Assembly (NCBI GenBank): GCA_012514745.1
Contig: JAAYZR010000015.1
Coordinates: 7,479-71,478 of the forward strand
DNA: 64,000 bases
Reading direction: 5' to 3'
From: Candidatus Undivivens industriae
Lineage (GTDB): Bacteria > Omnitrophota > Gorgyraeia > Gygaellales > Profunditerraquicolaceae
Under the pieces are notes generated by a model. It made no database searches, was not told where the DNA came from, and saw only the letters and a program-made list of their open reading frames with translations. The position numbers and the translations under genes are program-made. Below are positions 40,656 to 49,401 of this stretch, piece after piece (position 1 is the stretch's first letter; each line of letters begins with the position of its first letter).

Positions 40656-41673
40656 TTTTGACCGGTTCTCCGTTCTTCTCCGCCTGCCCGGACAGTTTTT
40701 CCAGTTTCGCTCTCACTTCTTCCTGTTCGGGGTCGAGCCGCAGAGACTCCCGCCATTCCTGCGCGGCTTTATCTTTATCTCCAGTCTTAAGATAGAAATC
40801 ACCAAGGTGGTCAAGTATCACCGGATCGTTCAACAGTGAAGCAGCTTTTCTCAATTCCCTGCCCGCCTCTTTTATCATTCCCTTCTTGAAATAAAGCCAG
40901 CCCAGGCTGTCGACATAAGCGCCGTTGTCCGGAGCCAGGGAAACGGCCTTTTTTATCATCGCCTCCGCTTCCCTGATGTGGCGGCCTTCCTCAAGGTACA
41001 TATACCCGAGATAATTAAGGGCCTGGTGGCAATCCCCGTTTAAAGCTATGGTCTTGACCAGTTCGGCCTCGGCGCCTTTCTTGTCTCCCAGACGGTAACG
41101 TATATCCCCGAGATAAAAATGCGCCTCCCAGGAAGAAGGCGACAGATTTACTATCCTGCGGAACACCTGCTCGGCCTGCTCCAGCTTACCGCGGTAAAGA
41201 TACAGCCGCCCCAGGCTGACGGATATCCTGGCGTCGTCAGGTTTGGTCTCCGCCGCCGCACGCAAGGCGCTTTCGTATTCCTGTATGGCTTTATCGGGCT
41301 CTTCCAGCAGATAATAGACCAGCGACAGCAAAGCGTGGGGTTCCGCCATCTCCGGGCGCAACTTTGCCGCCGACTGCAGTTCCACGACGGCGCCGGGATA
41401 ATCCTCCTCGCCCATGTAACAAACGGCGAGTTTCATGCGGATGTAAACGTTTTGCGGGTCGGCCTTGAGCGCCTTTTTGAATTCCCGTATGGAATTTTTT
41501 TGCTCGCCGCGGCGGTTGTAAATCAATCCGGTTATATAATGGCTCAACGCAGAGGCTTTCGCGCTTTCCGCCGCCCGGCAGGCGCCGGCGCAGATGAGGA
41601 CAAAGAACAACAATGCGGGTATTGAACCCCGGGAGATAAAACTCTTTATGCTGAAAGGTTTCGGAAGGGCCAT
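40645..41673 (-). CDS. Tetratricopeptide repeat protein (exported)
   Basis: Signal-like N-terminus, multiple TPRs, ALNYLGY...DSLGW...DHLGD. Confidence 0.88.
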   Translation of the reverse strand: MALPKPFSIKSFISRGSIPALLFFVLICAGACRAAESAKASALSHYITGLIYNRRGEQKNSIREFKKALKADPQNVYIRMKLAVCYMGEEDYPGAVVELQSAAKLRPEMAEPHALLSLVYYLLEEPDKAIQEYESALRAAAETKPDDARISVSLGRLYLYRGKLEQAEQVFRRIVNLSPSSWEAHFYLGDIRYRLGDKKGAEAELVKTIALNGDCHQALNYLGYMYLEEGRHIREAEAMIKKAVSLAPDNGAYVDSLGWLYFKKGMIKEAGRELRKAASLLNDPVILDHLGDFYLKTGDKDKAAQEWRESLRLDPEQEEVRAKLEKLSGQAEKNGEPVKNGK

Positions 41674-41703
41674 TTTTATCCCGGAACTCGCGCGTGACGG
41701 CGT

Positions 41704-41770
41704 AATTCCGGGGACACAATACTTAATTGTGTGTGCTTTTAGGAATAATTAAGTATTGTGTCCCCGGATT
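41704..41770. repeat. REP-A inverted doublet
   Basis: Arms flank the spacer GTGTGTGCTTTTAGGAAT. Confidence 0.95.
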
Positions 41771-41777
41771 ACGTTTA

Positions 41778-41879
41778 CTAATTCCAGTCTCTCTTCTTCA
41801 CGTGACGCAGACGGCGGCGCATTTTCTTGCGCTTATGCGTCCGTATCTTGATTCTTTTTCTTTTTTTGCCGCAAGGCAT
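41778..41879 (-). CDS. 33-aa basic protein, AURKAIP1/COX24 (bS22-like) family
   Basis: Manual translation MPCGKKRKRIKIRTHKRKKMRRRLRHVKKRDWN*; GGAGG RBS; below the ORF-track size cutoff. Confidence 0.8.
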   Translation of the reverse strand: MPCGKKRKRIKIRTHKRKKMRRRLRHVKKRDWN

Positions 41880-41892
41880 TTGACTCCTCCGC

Positions 41893-42792
41893 TTAATATA
41901 TTACTTTATTCAAAGGATATTCGATTATCCCTTCAGCGCCGGCTTTTTTTAAACCGGGTATCAACATGCGCACAACCTTCTCGTCGATAATAGTCTCCAC
42001 GGCGCACCACTCTTCCTGCGCCAGACCGGAGATGGTCGGCCTCTTGAGAGCCGGGAGGAGAGAGATGACTTTATTCAAGTCCTTCCTGCGGACGTTCATC
42101 TTCAAACCTACCTTTTCCTCCGCGTTTATCGCGCCCTTCAAAAGCATCGCTATCTGTTGCATTTTATCGTTCTTCCAGGAGTCCTTGAAGGCTTTCTTAT
42201 TGGCTATGAACTGAGTGGTCGACTCGCAGATAGTAGCGATTATCTTTAGCTTATTGGCCTTAAGGCTTCTGCCGGTCTCGGTCAAATCCACGATCGCGTC
42301 CACCAGCCCGGAATTCACCTTCACCTCGGTGGCGCCCCAACTGAATTCGACCTCGGCGTTAACTTTCTGCTCCTTGAGATATTTTCTGGTGGCGTTGGCC
42401 AGCTCGGTGGCGATACGTTTATTGTTCAACTGCTTTACAGAATCGATCCCCGAGCATTCCGGTACCGCCAGCACCCAACGCACCTTGCTCATACTCTGTT
42501 TGGCGTAAGCCAGGTCGGTGATCCTGACGACGTCGGACCCGTTCTCGATTATCCAATCCTCGCCGGTTATGCCGCAGTCAAGCACGCCTTCCTGGACGTA
42601 ACGAGACATCTCCTGGGCCCTGAGCAGTATCGCTTCTATCTCCGGATCGCCTGTAGAGGGGAAATAAGAACGCTCCGAAGGCAGGGTGACATTAAAGCCG
42701 GCTTTCCGGAACATTTTGAAAGTCGCTTCCTGAAGGCTACCTTTTGGCAAGCCGAGCTTTAAAACCTTATTCTGTTTTTTATTCACAACCAT
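41893..42792 (-). CDS. hisG: ATP phosphoribosyltransferase (long form)
   Basis: [31 protein letters not shown] motifs and C-terminal regulatory domain; ATG 42792 with GGAGG. Confidence 0.95.
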   Translation of the reverse strand: MVVNKKQNKVLKLGLPKGSLQEATFKMFRKAGFNVTLPSERSYFPSTGDPEIEAILLRAQEMSRYVQEGVLDCGITGEDWIIENGSDVVRITDLAYAKQSMSKVRWVLAVPECSGIDSVKQLNNKRIATELANATRKYLKEQKVNAEVEFSWGATEVKVNSGLVDAIVDLTETGRSLKANKLKIIATICESTTQFIANKKAFKDSWKNDKMQQIAMLLKGAINAEEKVGLKMNVRRKDLNKVISLLPALKRPTISGLAQEEWCAVETIIDEKVVRMLIPGLKKAGAEGIIEYPLNKVIY

Positions 42793-43349
42793 ACTGCCTC
42801 CGATAAATGCGGTCATTCTTTCCGGACTCCCCTGAAGCCCACAGGCAAACGCCGGGCAGCCGGAAAGAACAGAAAGAAACACCTTTATTGTAGAAAGAAT
42901 TAAGCTCCCCAGGCTTTAGACCGTGGTAATGCTTAGACAAACCACGAATAAGTTTACCCTCATACCGGCCACAACAATAACCACGGGGAAAACGCAAAAA
43001 ATATCCTTTTATGCTCCTTTTTTAGAAGCACTTCCGGAATAGTTTCTTAATTATACAGATGGAAAAGCCTTTTGTAAAGCAACTAATTGATTAAAACATA
43101 AGCTGGATCCCGTGCCTCAGGTCGTCCTTGCGGGGAACAAAAAGGCAAAGCAACCGTTCCCCGCCGGATCACTCCGTAAAAAAAGCCTGCAATGACCATA
43201 TATCCTAAGAAGTATTGCTCGGGAGGACAAGATTCCGAGGCATTTTCTTGCTCCCGCCTTTGCTTTTATTTTTGCTGTCCCGACATTTCAAATATTAATT
43301 ATTGTCTCTACGGTTCGAAAAGAGTATAATTGGATAAAAGGATAACGAT

Positions 43350-43589
43350 ATGGCGATAATTATACGCAATATCTTCACGCTCACGTTCATAGCCTGTTGC
43401 TTTTATTATCTCTATATCTTCCTTTTTCGCAAAATAAACGACCTCTCCGGCTTCTCCAGCGGAGAGGATATCTGGAACCACCCCGAAGCCTATTTCGATC
43501 CCGAAGTTTGCAAATACATACATGTCCCGGCCTATATAGCGGTCTTTAGTTGGTGCGCGGCTGCGCTCATCCATCTCGTCACCGCTTAA
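43350..43589 (+). CDS. Small hypothetical membrane protein
   Basis: 79 aa with two hydrophobic segments, immediately upstream of the surA-like gene. Confidence 0.5.
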   Translation: MAIIIRNIFTLTFIACCFYYLYIFLFRKINDLSGFSSGEDIWNHPEAYFDPEVCKYIHVPAYIAVFSWCAAALIHLVTA

Positions 43590-43625
43590 GTAACCCGGCA
43601 CAATCCCCCTGCGGAGGTTAATATC

Positions 43626-45044
43626 ATGTGGAGCAAAAGAACAAAAAAAACCATCTGGATCATACTTTTGATAGCCATTTTGCCGGGTTTCGTTCTCTGG
43701 GGATTTTTCGATTCCATAAAGAAATCCCCCGGCCAAAGCCACTACGCCGGCAGAATATACGGCAGGAAGATTACCAGCCGGGAATACCAGTCCGCTCTCC
43801 AGGCGGTTAATACGGCTGCCGCTATGCGTCTCGGAGATAAACTCCAGCAAATGCAACAGTATCTCAACCTCGAAGGGCAAGCATGGCAGCGTCTGCTCAT
43901 GCTTGAAGAAGCATCCCGCCGCAGAATAAGAATCCCGGACAAGGAAGTGGTGAGAACGATTCGGAGTTATTCTTTTCTGCAGAATAAAAAGGGAGAATTC
44001 GACGAAAAGCAATACCGGCAGGTTCTGCGCTACGTATTCCACGTCCCCGCCAGAGCTTTCGAAGAGCAGGTGCGCGGGGACATAGCCATAGAGAAGCTGT
44101 TTCAAGAGGTGACCGCCGGAATCGAAGTCGGGGACACCGAGATAAAAGAATCCTACAACAAGGCCAACGAAGAAATAAGCGTCAAATACATAGCGGCCCT
44201 GCCCGCGGAGATAGCCGCCGATTTTTCCGTGCCGGATGAAGAAATAAAAGCCTATTTCACCGCCAACAACCTGCTTTTCAAGAAACCGCTCACCTACAAC
44301 CTGGAATATGTTATGCTCGGGGCGGACGCGCCGGAGAATAAGATACAAGAAACCCTGCAGCGTTTCGTCAAAGCCGCCGATCTCAGGGATGAGGCCAAGA
44401 ATATGGGACTTGAGGCCAAGGAAACCGGACTCTTCGCCGAGAACGGCCCTATCCCGGGAATAGGCTGGTCGCAGAAATTGATGGAACGCCTCACCAACTC
44501 CTCCGCCGGTAAATTCCTGCCGCCGGTCAAAACCTCTACCGGGATCTTCCTGCTCAAAATCAAAGAAAAAAAAGAGCCGTATATCCCTCCGTTTGAGGAG
44601 ATCAAAGACGAAGTGAAGAAAAAGATGGTATCGCAGAAGTCCGTCCAGGAAGCGAAGAAAAGAATAGAAGAATGCCTCTCAAAGATCAAAGCCGCGGCGG
44701 CAGCCAAAGAACCGGTGTCGCTCGAACAGCTGGCTAAATCCCTGTCGCTTAAGTCTGGCAAGACCGGGGATTTTAAATTCGGCAGTTATATCGAAGGCAT
44801 CGGGGCCTCCGACGCTTTTTACACGGAAGCGAAGAAACTTTCGCCCGGACAATACAGCGGCGTGATAAAGGCCTCCTCCGGTTTTTATATCATCTCTCCG
44901 GATTCGTTCAAGCCGGTGGATGAGAATAAATTCGCCCAGGAGAAAAAAGAGTTCGCCCGCGGCCTGCTTTTCAAGAAACAGAACGAAGCCTTCGATCAAT
45001 TCATGCGGGAAGTAGAGAAGAAATCCGCGGCGAAAAAGTTCTAA
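43626..45044 (+). CDS. SurA N-terminal domain/PpiD-like membrane-anchored chaperone
   Basis: N-terminal TM, G.FD...Y...L pattern and degenerate parvulin-like segments; GGAGG RBS. Confidence 0.8.
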   Translation: MWSKRTKKTIWIILLIAILPGFVLWGFFDSIKKSPGQSHYAGRIYGRKITSREYQSALQAVNTAAAMRLGDKLQQMQQYLNLEGQAWQRLLMLEEASRRRIRIPDKEVVRTIRSYSFLQNKKGEFDEKQYRQVLRYVFHVPARAFEEQVRGDIAIEKLFQEVTAGIEVGDTEIKESYNKANEEISVKYIAALPAEIAADFSVPDEEIKAYFTANNLLFKKPLTYNLEYVMLGADAPENKIQETLQRFVKAADLRDEAKNMGLEAKETGLFAENGPIPGIGWSQKLMERLTNSSAGKFLPPVKTSTGIFLLKIKEKKEPYIPPFEEIKDEVKKKMVSQKSVQEAKKRIEECLSKIKAAAAAKEPVSLEQLAKSLSLKSGKTGDFKFGSYIEGIGASDAFYTEAKKLSPGQYSGVIKASSGFYIISPDSFKPVDENKFAQEKKEFARGLLFKKQNEAFDQFMREVEKKSAAKKF

Positions 45045-45059
45045 AAAACGTCCGCAATG

Positions 45060-45133
45060 AAAATCCCCGGGGTTGAAAGCCGGGGATTTTTGCGGTTTGA
45101 TTTAGAAGCCCCGCATGCAAACGCGGGGCTTTT
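45060..45133. terminator. Twin hairpins between the convergent surA-like and ferredoxin genes
   Basis: AAATCCCCGG-GGTTGAAAG-CCGGGGATTT and AAGCCCCGC-ATGCAAAC-GCGGGGCTT. The first resembles the PATE-like left end. Confidence 0.65.
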
Positions 45134-45155
45134 AAATCGTTATTCGGTGTTCTGA

Positions 45156-45338
45156 TTACTCCACTTTGATGGCGCTGACCGGGCACTGCTCGGCGATCTC
45201 GCTTATATTATGCGTATTGCAGGTATCCGCCTTGCTATGCGCGACACCGTCAGCCTGAATCTCGAATACCTCCGGGCACAACTGCTCGCACAATCCGCAG
45301 CCCACGCACACGGAAGCGTCAATAGTCACCTTTGCCAT
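45156..45338 (-). CDS. Single-cluster 4Fe-4S ferredoxin
   Basis: CVGCGLCEQLCPEVF...CPVSAI; GGAGG RBS. Confidence 0.93.
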   Translation of the reverse strand: MAKVTIDASVCVGCGLCEQLCPEVFEIQADGVAHSKADTCNTHNISEIAEQCPVSAIKVE

Positions 45339-45426
45339 TTTTCATTCCTCCTGAATGGAACCTTGGAACTAAAACCAGAGGCCCCTGTTTTTTCCGGCGA
45401 AGCTCCGGCTCCCCCGGTACATGGTC

Positions 45427-45492
45427 ATTCCGGGGACACAATACTTAATTATTTCTAAAACCACACACAATTAAGTATTGTGTCCCCGGAAT
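45427..45492. repeat. REP-A inverted doublet
   Basis: Arms flank the spacer ATTTCTAAAACCACACAC. Confidence 0.95.
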
Positions 45493-45493
45493 C

Positions 45494-45973
45494 TTAGCGC
45501 TCCATAAGATTCTCAAACATCTCTTCGTGTTCGATTTCCTCGGCGAGTATATGCACAACCAACTGATAGGTTACGTGGTCCTTACCGAACGTCTTCTTAG
45601 CGATCTTGTTGTAAACATCTATCGCGGAAGCCTCGGCTTCGGTAACGATGCGGATTATACGGTTGATATCCGCTCCGTTCTTGGGAGGCATTATGTAAGG
45701 CGCGTTGGCGTTTTTTTCAAGTTCCATCGGATTGGCTATCGGGACACCGCCCAGTTTCGTGATCAGGTCGGCCAGTTCTTCAGCGTGTTCCTTCTCATCC
45801 GCGGCGATTTTCTTCAGCAATTCCTTCATATCCTCGTAGGCCTTGCCGCAGACTATCTGGGCCATATACCAATAAAGATAATGCGCCAGCCATTCGTCGG
45901 CGTAAGCTTTCGTCAGGTCTTTGACGATATCCTTAAGTGGAATTTCCGTTATCGCCCTTGCCTGCTTTCCCAT
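45494..45973 (-). CDS. Ferritin-like protein, Dps-like (DPSL) family
   Basis: AYADEWLA.Y.YW, DE.EHA, AE..AI..Y and IL.EEIEHE di-iron ligands. Confidence 0.85.
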   Translation of the reverse strand: MGKQARAITEIPLKDIVKDLTKAYADEWLAHYLYWYMAQIVCGKAYEDMKELLKKIAADEKEHAEELADLITKLGGVPIANPMELEKNANAPYIMPPKNGADINRIIRIVTEAEASAIDVYNKIAKKTFGKDHVTYQLVVHILAEEIEHEEMFENLMER

Positions 45974-45989
45974 GACCTACCCCCTTCCG

Positions 45990-46877
45990 CTAATTCCCGG
46001 AGACCTGGTCCCTGAGCCCGTATTTCCTGACATTATTGTCAGCGATCTCCTGGATCTTCTTTATTTCCTCGGCGGCACCTGTGAGGTGCTTAAACCTTCC
46101 CTGCATTTTCAGGTACTCTTCCACAGGTTTGGCCTGTGTTAGTTTACGCACGGCGGAGAGCTGTCCATTCTCATACTCAAACAGCGGATAAAGACCGGTT
46201 TCTACGGCTGCTTTCGCCACGGTAAGGGTAAGGCTCGAATCGTGCCTCCACCCGAGCGGGCATGGGACATGTATCTGCATATATTTGGGGCCTTTTATTG
46301 AAAAGGCTTTCTTGACCTTTCTCTGGATGTCCTGCGGGAACGCTACCGAGGCCGTCGCTACATACGGGATGCCGTGCGCCACGGCTATCTCCGGCAGGGC
46401 TTTCTTGGGCCGCAAATTGCCGAAAGACTGTTTGCCGGCCGGGCTGGTGGTAGTGTTGGAATCGAAAGGCGTCAGGCCGCTGCGCTGGACACCGGTGTTC
46501 ATATAAGCTTCATTATCGTAGCAAACGTAGAGAATGTCGTGACCGCGTTCCAGCATTCCCGAGAGAGCCTGCAGGCCGATATCGGCGGTCCCGCCGTCGC
46601 CGGCCTGGGCAATAACGTTGATACCGTCTTTCTTGCCCAGGAACTTGAGTGCGGATTCGACTCCGGAAGCCACTGCCGCGCAGTTCTCGAATAAAGAATG
46701 GATAAACGGGACCTCCCAGGCTGACTCCGGGTATTTCGTGGAAAACACCTCCAGACAGCCGGTGTTATTGACTACTATAGTGTTCGGCCCGCCGGCGTCT
46801 ATGACAAGTCTCGCCGCCAAAGACTGGCCGCATCCCGCGCAGGCGGTATGACCCGAGACAAAAAGGTTCTTATTCAT
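45990..46877 (-). CDS. porB: Pyruvate/2-oxoacid:ferredoxin oxidoreductase beta subunit
   Basis: GHTACAGCG, GDGGT.DIG, DNEAYMNTG.Q and PCP.GW motifs. Confidence 0.93.
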   Translation of the reverse strand: MNKNLFVSGHTACAGCGQSLAARLVIDAGGPNTIVVNNTGCLEVFSTKYPESAWEVPFIHSLFENCAAVASGVESALKFLGKKDGINVIAQAGDGGTADIGLQALSGMLERGHDILYVCYDNEAYMNTGVQRSGLTPFDSNTTTSPAGKQSFGNLRPKKALPEIAVAHGIPYVATASVAFPQDIQRKVKKAFSIKGPKYMQIHVPCPLGWRHDSSLTLTVAKAAVETGLYPLFEYENGQLSAVRKLTQAKPVEEYLKMQGRFKHLTGAAEEIKKIQEIADNNVRKYGLRDQVSGN

Positions 46878-48051
46878 AACTCTCCTTTAGAAGTTCCGGC
46901 TTCAGGTCTATGAACTCGCCGTTTCTTTCCCTGCCGTTTAGTAATTTTATCACTTCCCTGATCGAGTCTTTGGTAATGTCCCTGCCGCCGAGCCCGACCA
47001 CGAAACTGCTGATCACAGAAGGGGCCTTTTTCTTGCCGAAGAAAGCCGCTTTGACTTCCGAAGCCAGCGGGGCGGTCGACCCCAGAGACAACGCCCTGTC
47101 TATCACGGCGACCTTGGAGGCGCCTTTGAGCGCGTCGTATATTTGCTGCGCCGGGAACGGCCGCAGACAGGATACTTTCAACATTCCTATCTTCTTGCCC
47201 TTCGCCCTGGCTTCGTCTATGACTTCTTTGATGGTGCCGCAGACGGAGCCGATGGCGACGATCACCTTTTCGGCGCCCTCGAGATGATAACCTTCCACCA
47301 ATCCGTTATACTTTCGGCCGAAGGTCTTGGCGAACTCCGCGGTTATCTGAGGGAGCATATCCAAAACCTTCTTGTGCGTCTCCTGCAGGGCATAACGCGT
47401 CTCCGTGTAATATTCCGGATCCACCAGCGGCCCCATGGTCACCGGGGCTGCCGGGTCGAGCTTATACGGAGCGATATATGGAGGCAGGAAACTATCCACC
47501 ATCGCCTGCTCGGGGATATCGACCGTCTCGATCCCGTGAGTAAGGACAAATCCGTCCATGCAGACCATAACCGGGAGCATGATCGATTTATTCTCGGCGA
47601 GTTTGTAAGCTATAAGGTGCAGGTCCACCGCTTCCTGAATATCTTCGGCGTGCAGTTGTATCCAGCCGCTGTCGCGCAGGGATACCGCGTCTTGCTGATC
47701 GTTCCAGATATTAATGGGAGCCGAAACAGCCCTGGCCGCGCAGGTCATCACCACCGGCAATCTCATCCCGGCGATGTTAAAAAGCACTTCGAACATATAA
47801 AACAATCCCTGGGAACTGGTCGCGGTGTAAGAGCGCACGCCGGTAGCCGACGCCCCCAGCACCACGGAGGCCGCGGAATGTTCCGATTCCACGTTCACGG
47901 TCTGCGCCGCGAGTTTCCCGTCGGAAACAAACTGCGCCAAGTCCTCTACGATGTGCGTCTGCGGGGTTATGGGATAGGCGGATATCACGCCGGGTTTGCA
48001 TTGGCGCACGACCTCCGCTACTGCGTGTGAACCTTCAACGAACTCTTTCAT
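46870..48051 (-). CDS. porA: Pyruvate/2-oxoacid:ferredoxin oxidoreductase alpha subunit
   Basis: AYPITPQT, ESEHSA, TATSSQG and GLGGRD motifs. Confidence 0.93.
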   Translation of the reverse strand: MKEFVEGSHAVAEVVRQCKPGVISAYPITPQTHIVEDLAQFVSDGKLAAQTVNVESEHSAASVVLGASATGVRSYTATSSQGLFYMFEVLFNIAGMRLPVVMTCAARAVSAPINIWNDQQDAVSLRDSGWIQLHAEDIQEAVDLHLIAYKLAENKSIMLPVMVCMDGFVLTHGIETVDIPEQAMVDSFLPPYIAPYKLDPAAPVTMGPLVDPEYYTETRYALQETHKKVLDMLPQITAEFAKTFGRKYNGLVEGYHLEGAEKVIVAIGSVCGTIKEVIDEARAKGKKIGMLKVSCLRPFPAQQIYDALKGASKVAVIDRALSLGSTAPLASEVKAAFFGKKKAPSVISSFVVGLGGRDITKDSIREVIKLLNGRERNGEFIDLKPELLKESYE

Positions 48052-48083
48052 AGCTATTCCTTTTCAGTATAGGGATGACGCGG

Positions 48084-48341
48084 TTAGTTTTCCTCTTTAA
48101 CCATTTCGATGTCCTGTTTAGGACAAACGGAGGCGCAAAGACCGCACCCCTTGCAGAAATCCGGGTCGAATCTGTAGGTATTCTTCCCTTCTCCTTCTAT
48201 GCAGGCTTCGGGACAAACCAAAAGGCACATACGGCAGGCGATGCAGTTCTTCTGCAGGTATTTCGGCCTTTTTTCGGTCCGCCATGAACCTGTTTTATTA
48301 TTTTTGCTGGAACCGGGCTTGGAAATAAGTGGACCGAACAT
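48084..48341 (-). CDS. porD: Pyruvate/2-oxoacid:ferredoxin oxidoreductase delta subunit
   Basis: TGSWR..RP, CIACRMC...CPE and CKGCGLC...CP motifs. Confidence 0.92.
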   Translation of the reverse strand: MFGPLISKPGSSKNNKTGSWRTEKRPKYLQKNCIACRMCLLVCPEACIEGEGKNTYRFDPDFCKGCGLCASVCPKQDIEMVKEEN

Positions 48342-48901
48342 TATTTTACCTCGTTATATTTATGTTTCACGTACTCAAACCCCTCTTTTACCGACGCTAT
48401 ATTCCCATCCAACGCTTTACCGCTGAATCTCTTCTTGATCGCCTCCAGCAGCGCCTCCTGGCTGAACTCTCCGGTGGCTGCGGCAAACGCGCCAAGCAGG
48501 GCCGTGTTGGCCAGCGGCCTGCCGATAGTCTTCATGGCTATATCCGTCGCCGGAACCAGCAAGGCCTTCTGGCGCGCCGACAGTTTCGGGATTTCCACTT
48601 CGCCGTCCTTGCCGTTTATCACGGCGATGCCGGCGTCTTGCAGACCGGAAAAACAGTTGAACCCGCGCATCAGAGTCGGATCAATCACCAGCAGATAATC
48701 CGGTTCGTAAATTTGGCTGCGCAGGCGCACGGGTTTGGAATCCACCCGCACATACGCGTTCATCGGCGCTCCCATACGCGCGGCCCCAAAATTCGGAAAG
48801 GCGTAAGGATACATCCCCTGCAGGGAATAAACATACCCCAGCAACGAAGCCGTGGTAATGGCGCCCTGCCCCGCCCTTGCGTGAATACGTATTTCTTTCA
48901 T
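48341..48901 (-). CDS. porC: Pyruvate/2-oxoacid:ferredoxin oxidoreductase gamma subunit
   Basis: MKEIRIHARAGQG, FG..R.GAP and NTALLGA motifs; ATG 48901 with AAGGAG. Confidence 0.92.
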   Translation of the reverse strand: MKEIRIHARAGQGAITTASLLGYVYSLQGMYPYAFPNFGAARMGAPMNAYVRVDSKPVRLRSQIYEPDYLLVIDPTLMRGFNCFSGLQDAGIAVINGKDGEVEIPKLSARQKALLVPATDIAMKTIGRPLANTALLGAFAAATGEFSQEALLEAIKKRFSGKALDGNIASVKEGFEYVKHKYNEVK

Positions 48902-48974
48902 TATGGTTGCTCCTTGAGGAATGGAACTTCCCAGGCTGGTCCTTCGACTTTGCTCAAGCCCGGCACCCTGGGGT

Positions 48975-49100
48975 ACATTCGGGATGAAAGACAAGTTGGG
49001 TTCTGTTGGTTACTGTAACCGAAAATCGAAAGTTGACCGTCTCGCCACTGAAGCGTTGGCGGTTTCGTGCGCTGTCCAAAAAACTTACTGAACAGCACAC
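48975..49100 (-). repeat. REP-B extended element (subtype 2) in the por 5' leader
   Basis: GTGTGCTGTT...GACAGCGCAC...CCGCCAACGCTTC..GGCGAGACGGTCAA...GATTTTCGGTTAC.GTAACCAACAGAACCCAACTT, homologous to 52334-52465; abuts the REP-A remnant TCCCCGGAATT (49101-49111). Confidence 0.8.
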
Positions 49101-49127
49101 TCCCCGGAATTCAAGAGGTTTTGTAGT

Positions 49128-49156
49128 ATTTTACTGCCGCCCTCCGGGGCTGTCAA
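49128..49156 (-). promoter_or_regulatory. Sigma70 promoter of the por operon
   Basis: TTGACA-17 nt-TAAAAT. Confidence 0.7.
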
Positions 49157-49220
49157 ACATTATTTTTAAGACATAGGTGTAACTTGCTGCGGCAATTAAA
49201 GTTATAGCATACAGCCATCA

Positions 49221-49388
49221 AAAGGGCCCGGCAGGCGATTTCTACAGTAAAAGGAACGGATCTAAGCAGTTCAACAGTTTCACTACAAAGGGTTGTCGAA
49301 GGAGTCAACCGCGGCGCGCCGGGTAGATTGCTTCAAGAAGGACGGCCGACTTTCATCCGGCTTACCGCCTCCACTAACCGGGCCCCTC
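49221..49388. ncRNA. Candidate rod-shaped structured RNA (6S-like size), strand unresolved
   Basis: Closing stem AGGGCCCGG/CCGGGCCCCT with nested pairings AGGCG/CGCCT, AAGCAGT/ATTGCTT and GGTTG/CAACC; no ORF in the track. Confidence 0.35.
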
Positions 49389-49401
49389 ATAATGCGTTAT
49401 A

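Noticed and set aside
48902-48994. N-terminal extensions of PorC (also of MraZ, HisG, GalE and Era in the ORF track)
   Set aside because: These run through repeats or promoters; downstream starts fit family homology and mostly have clear RBSs.
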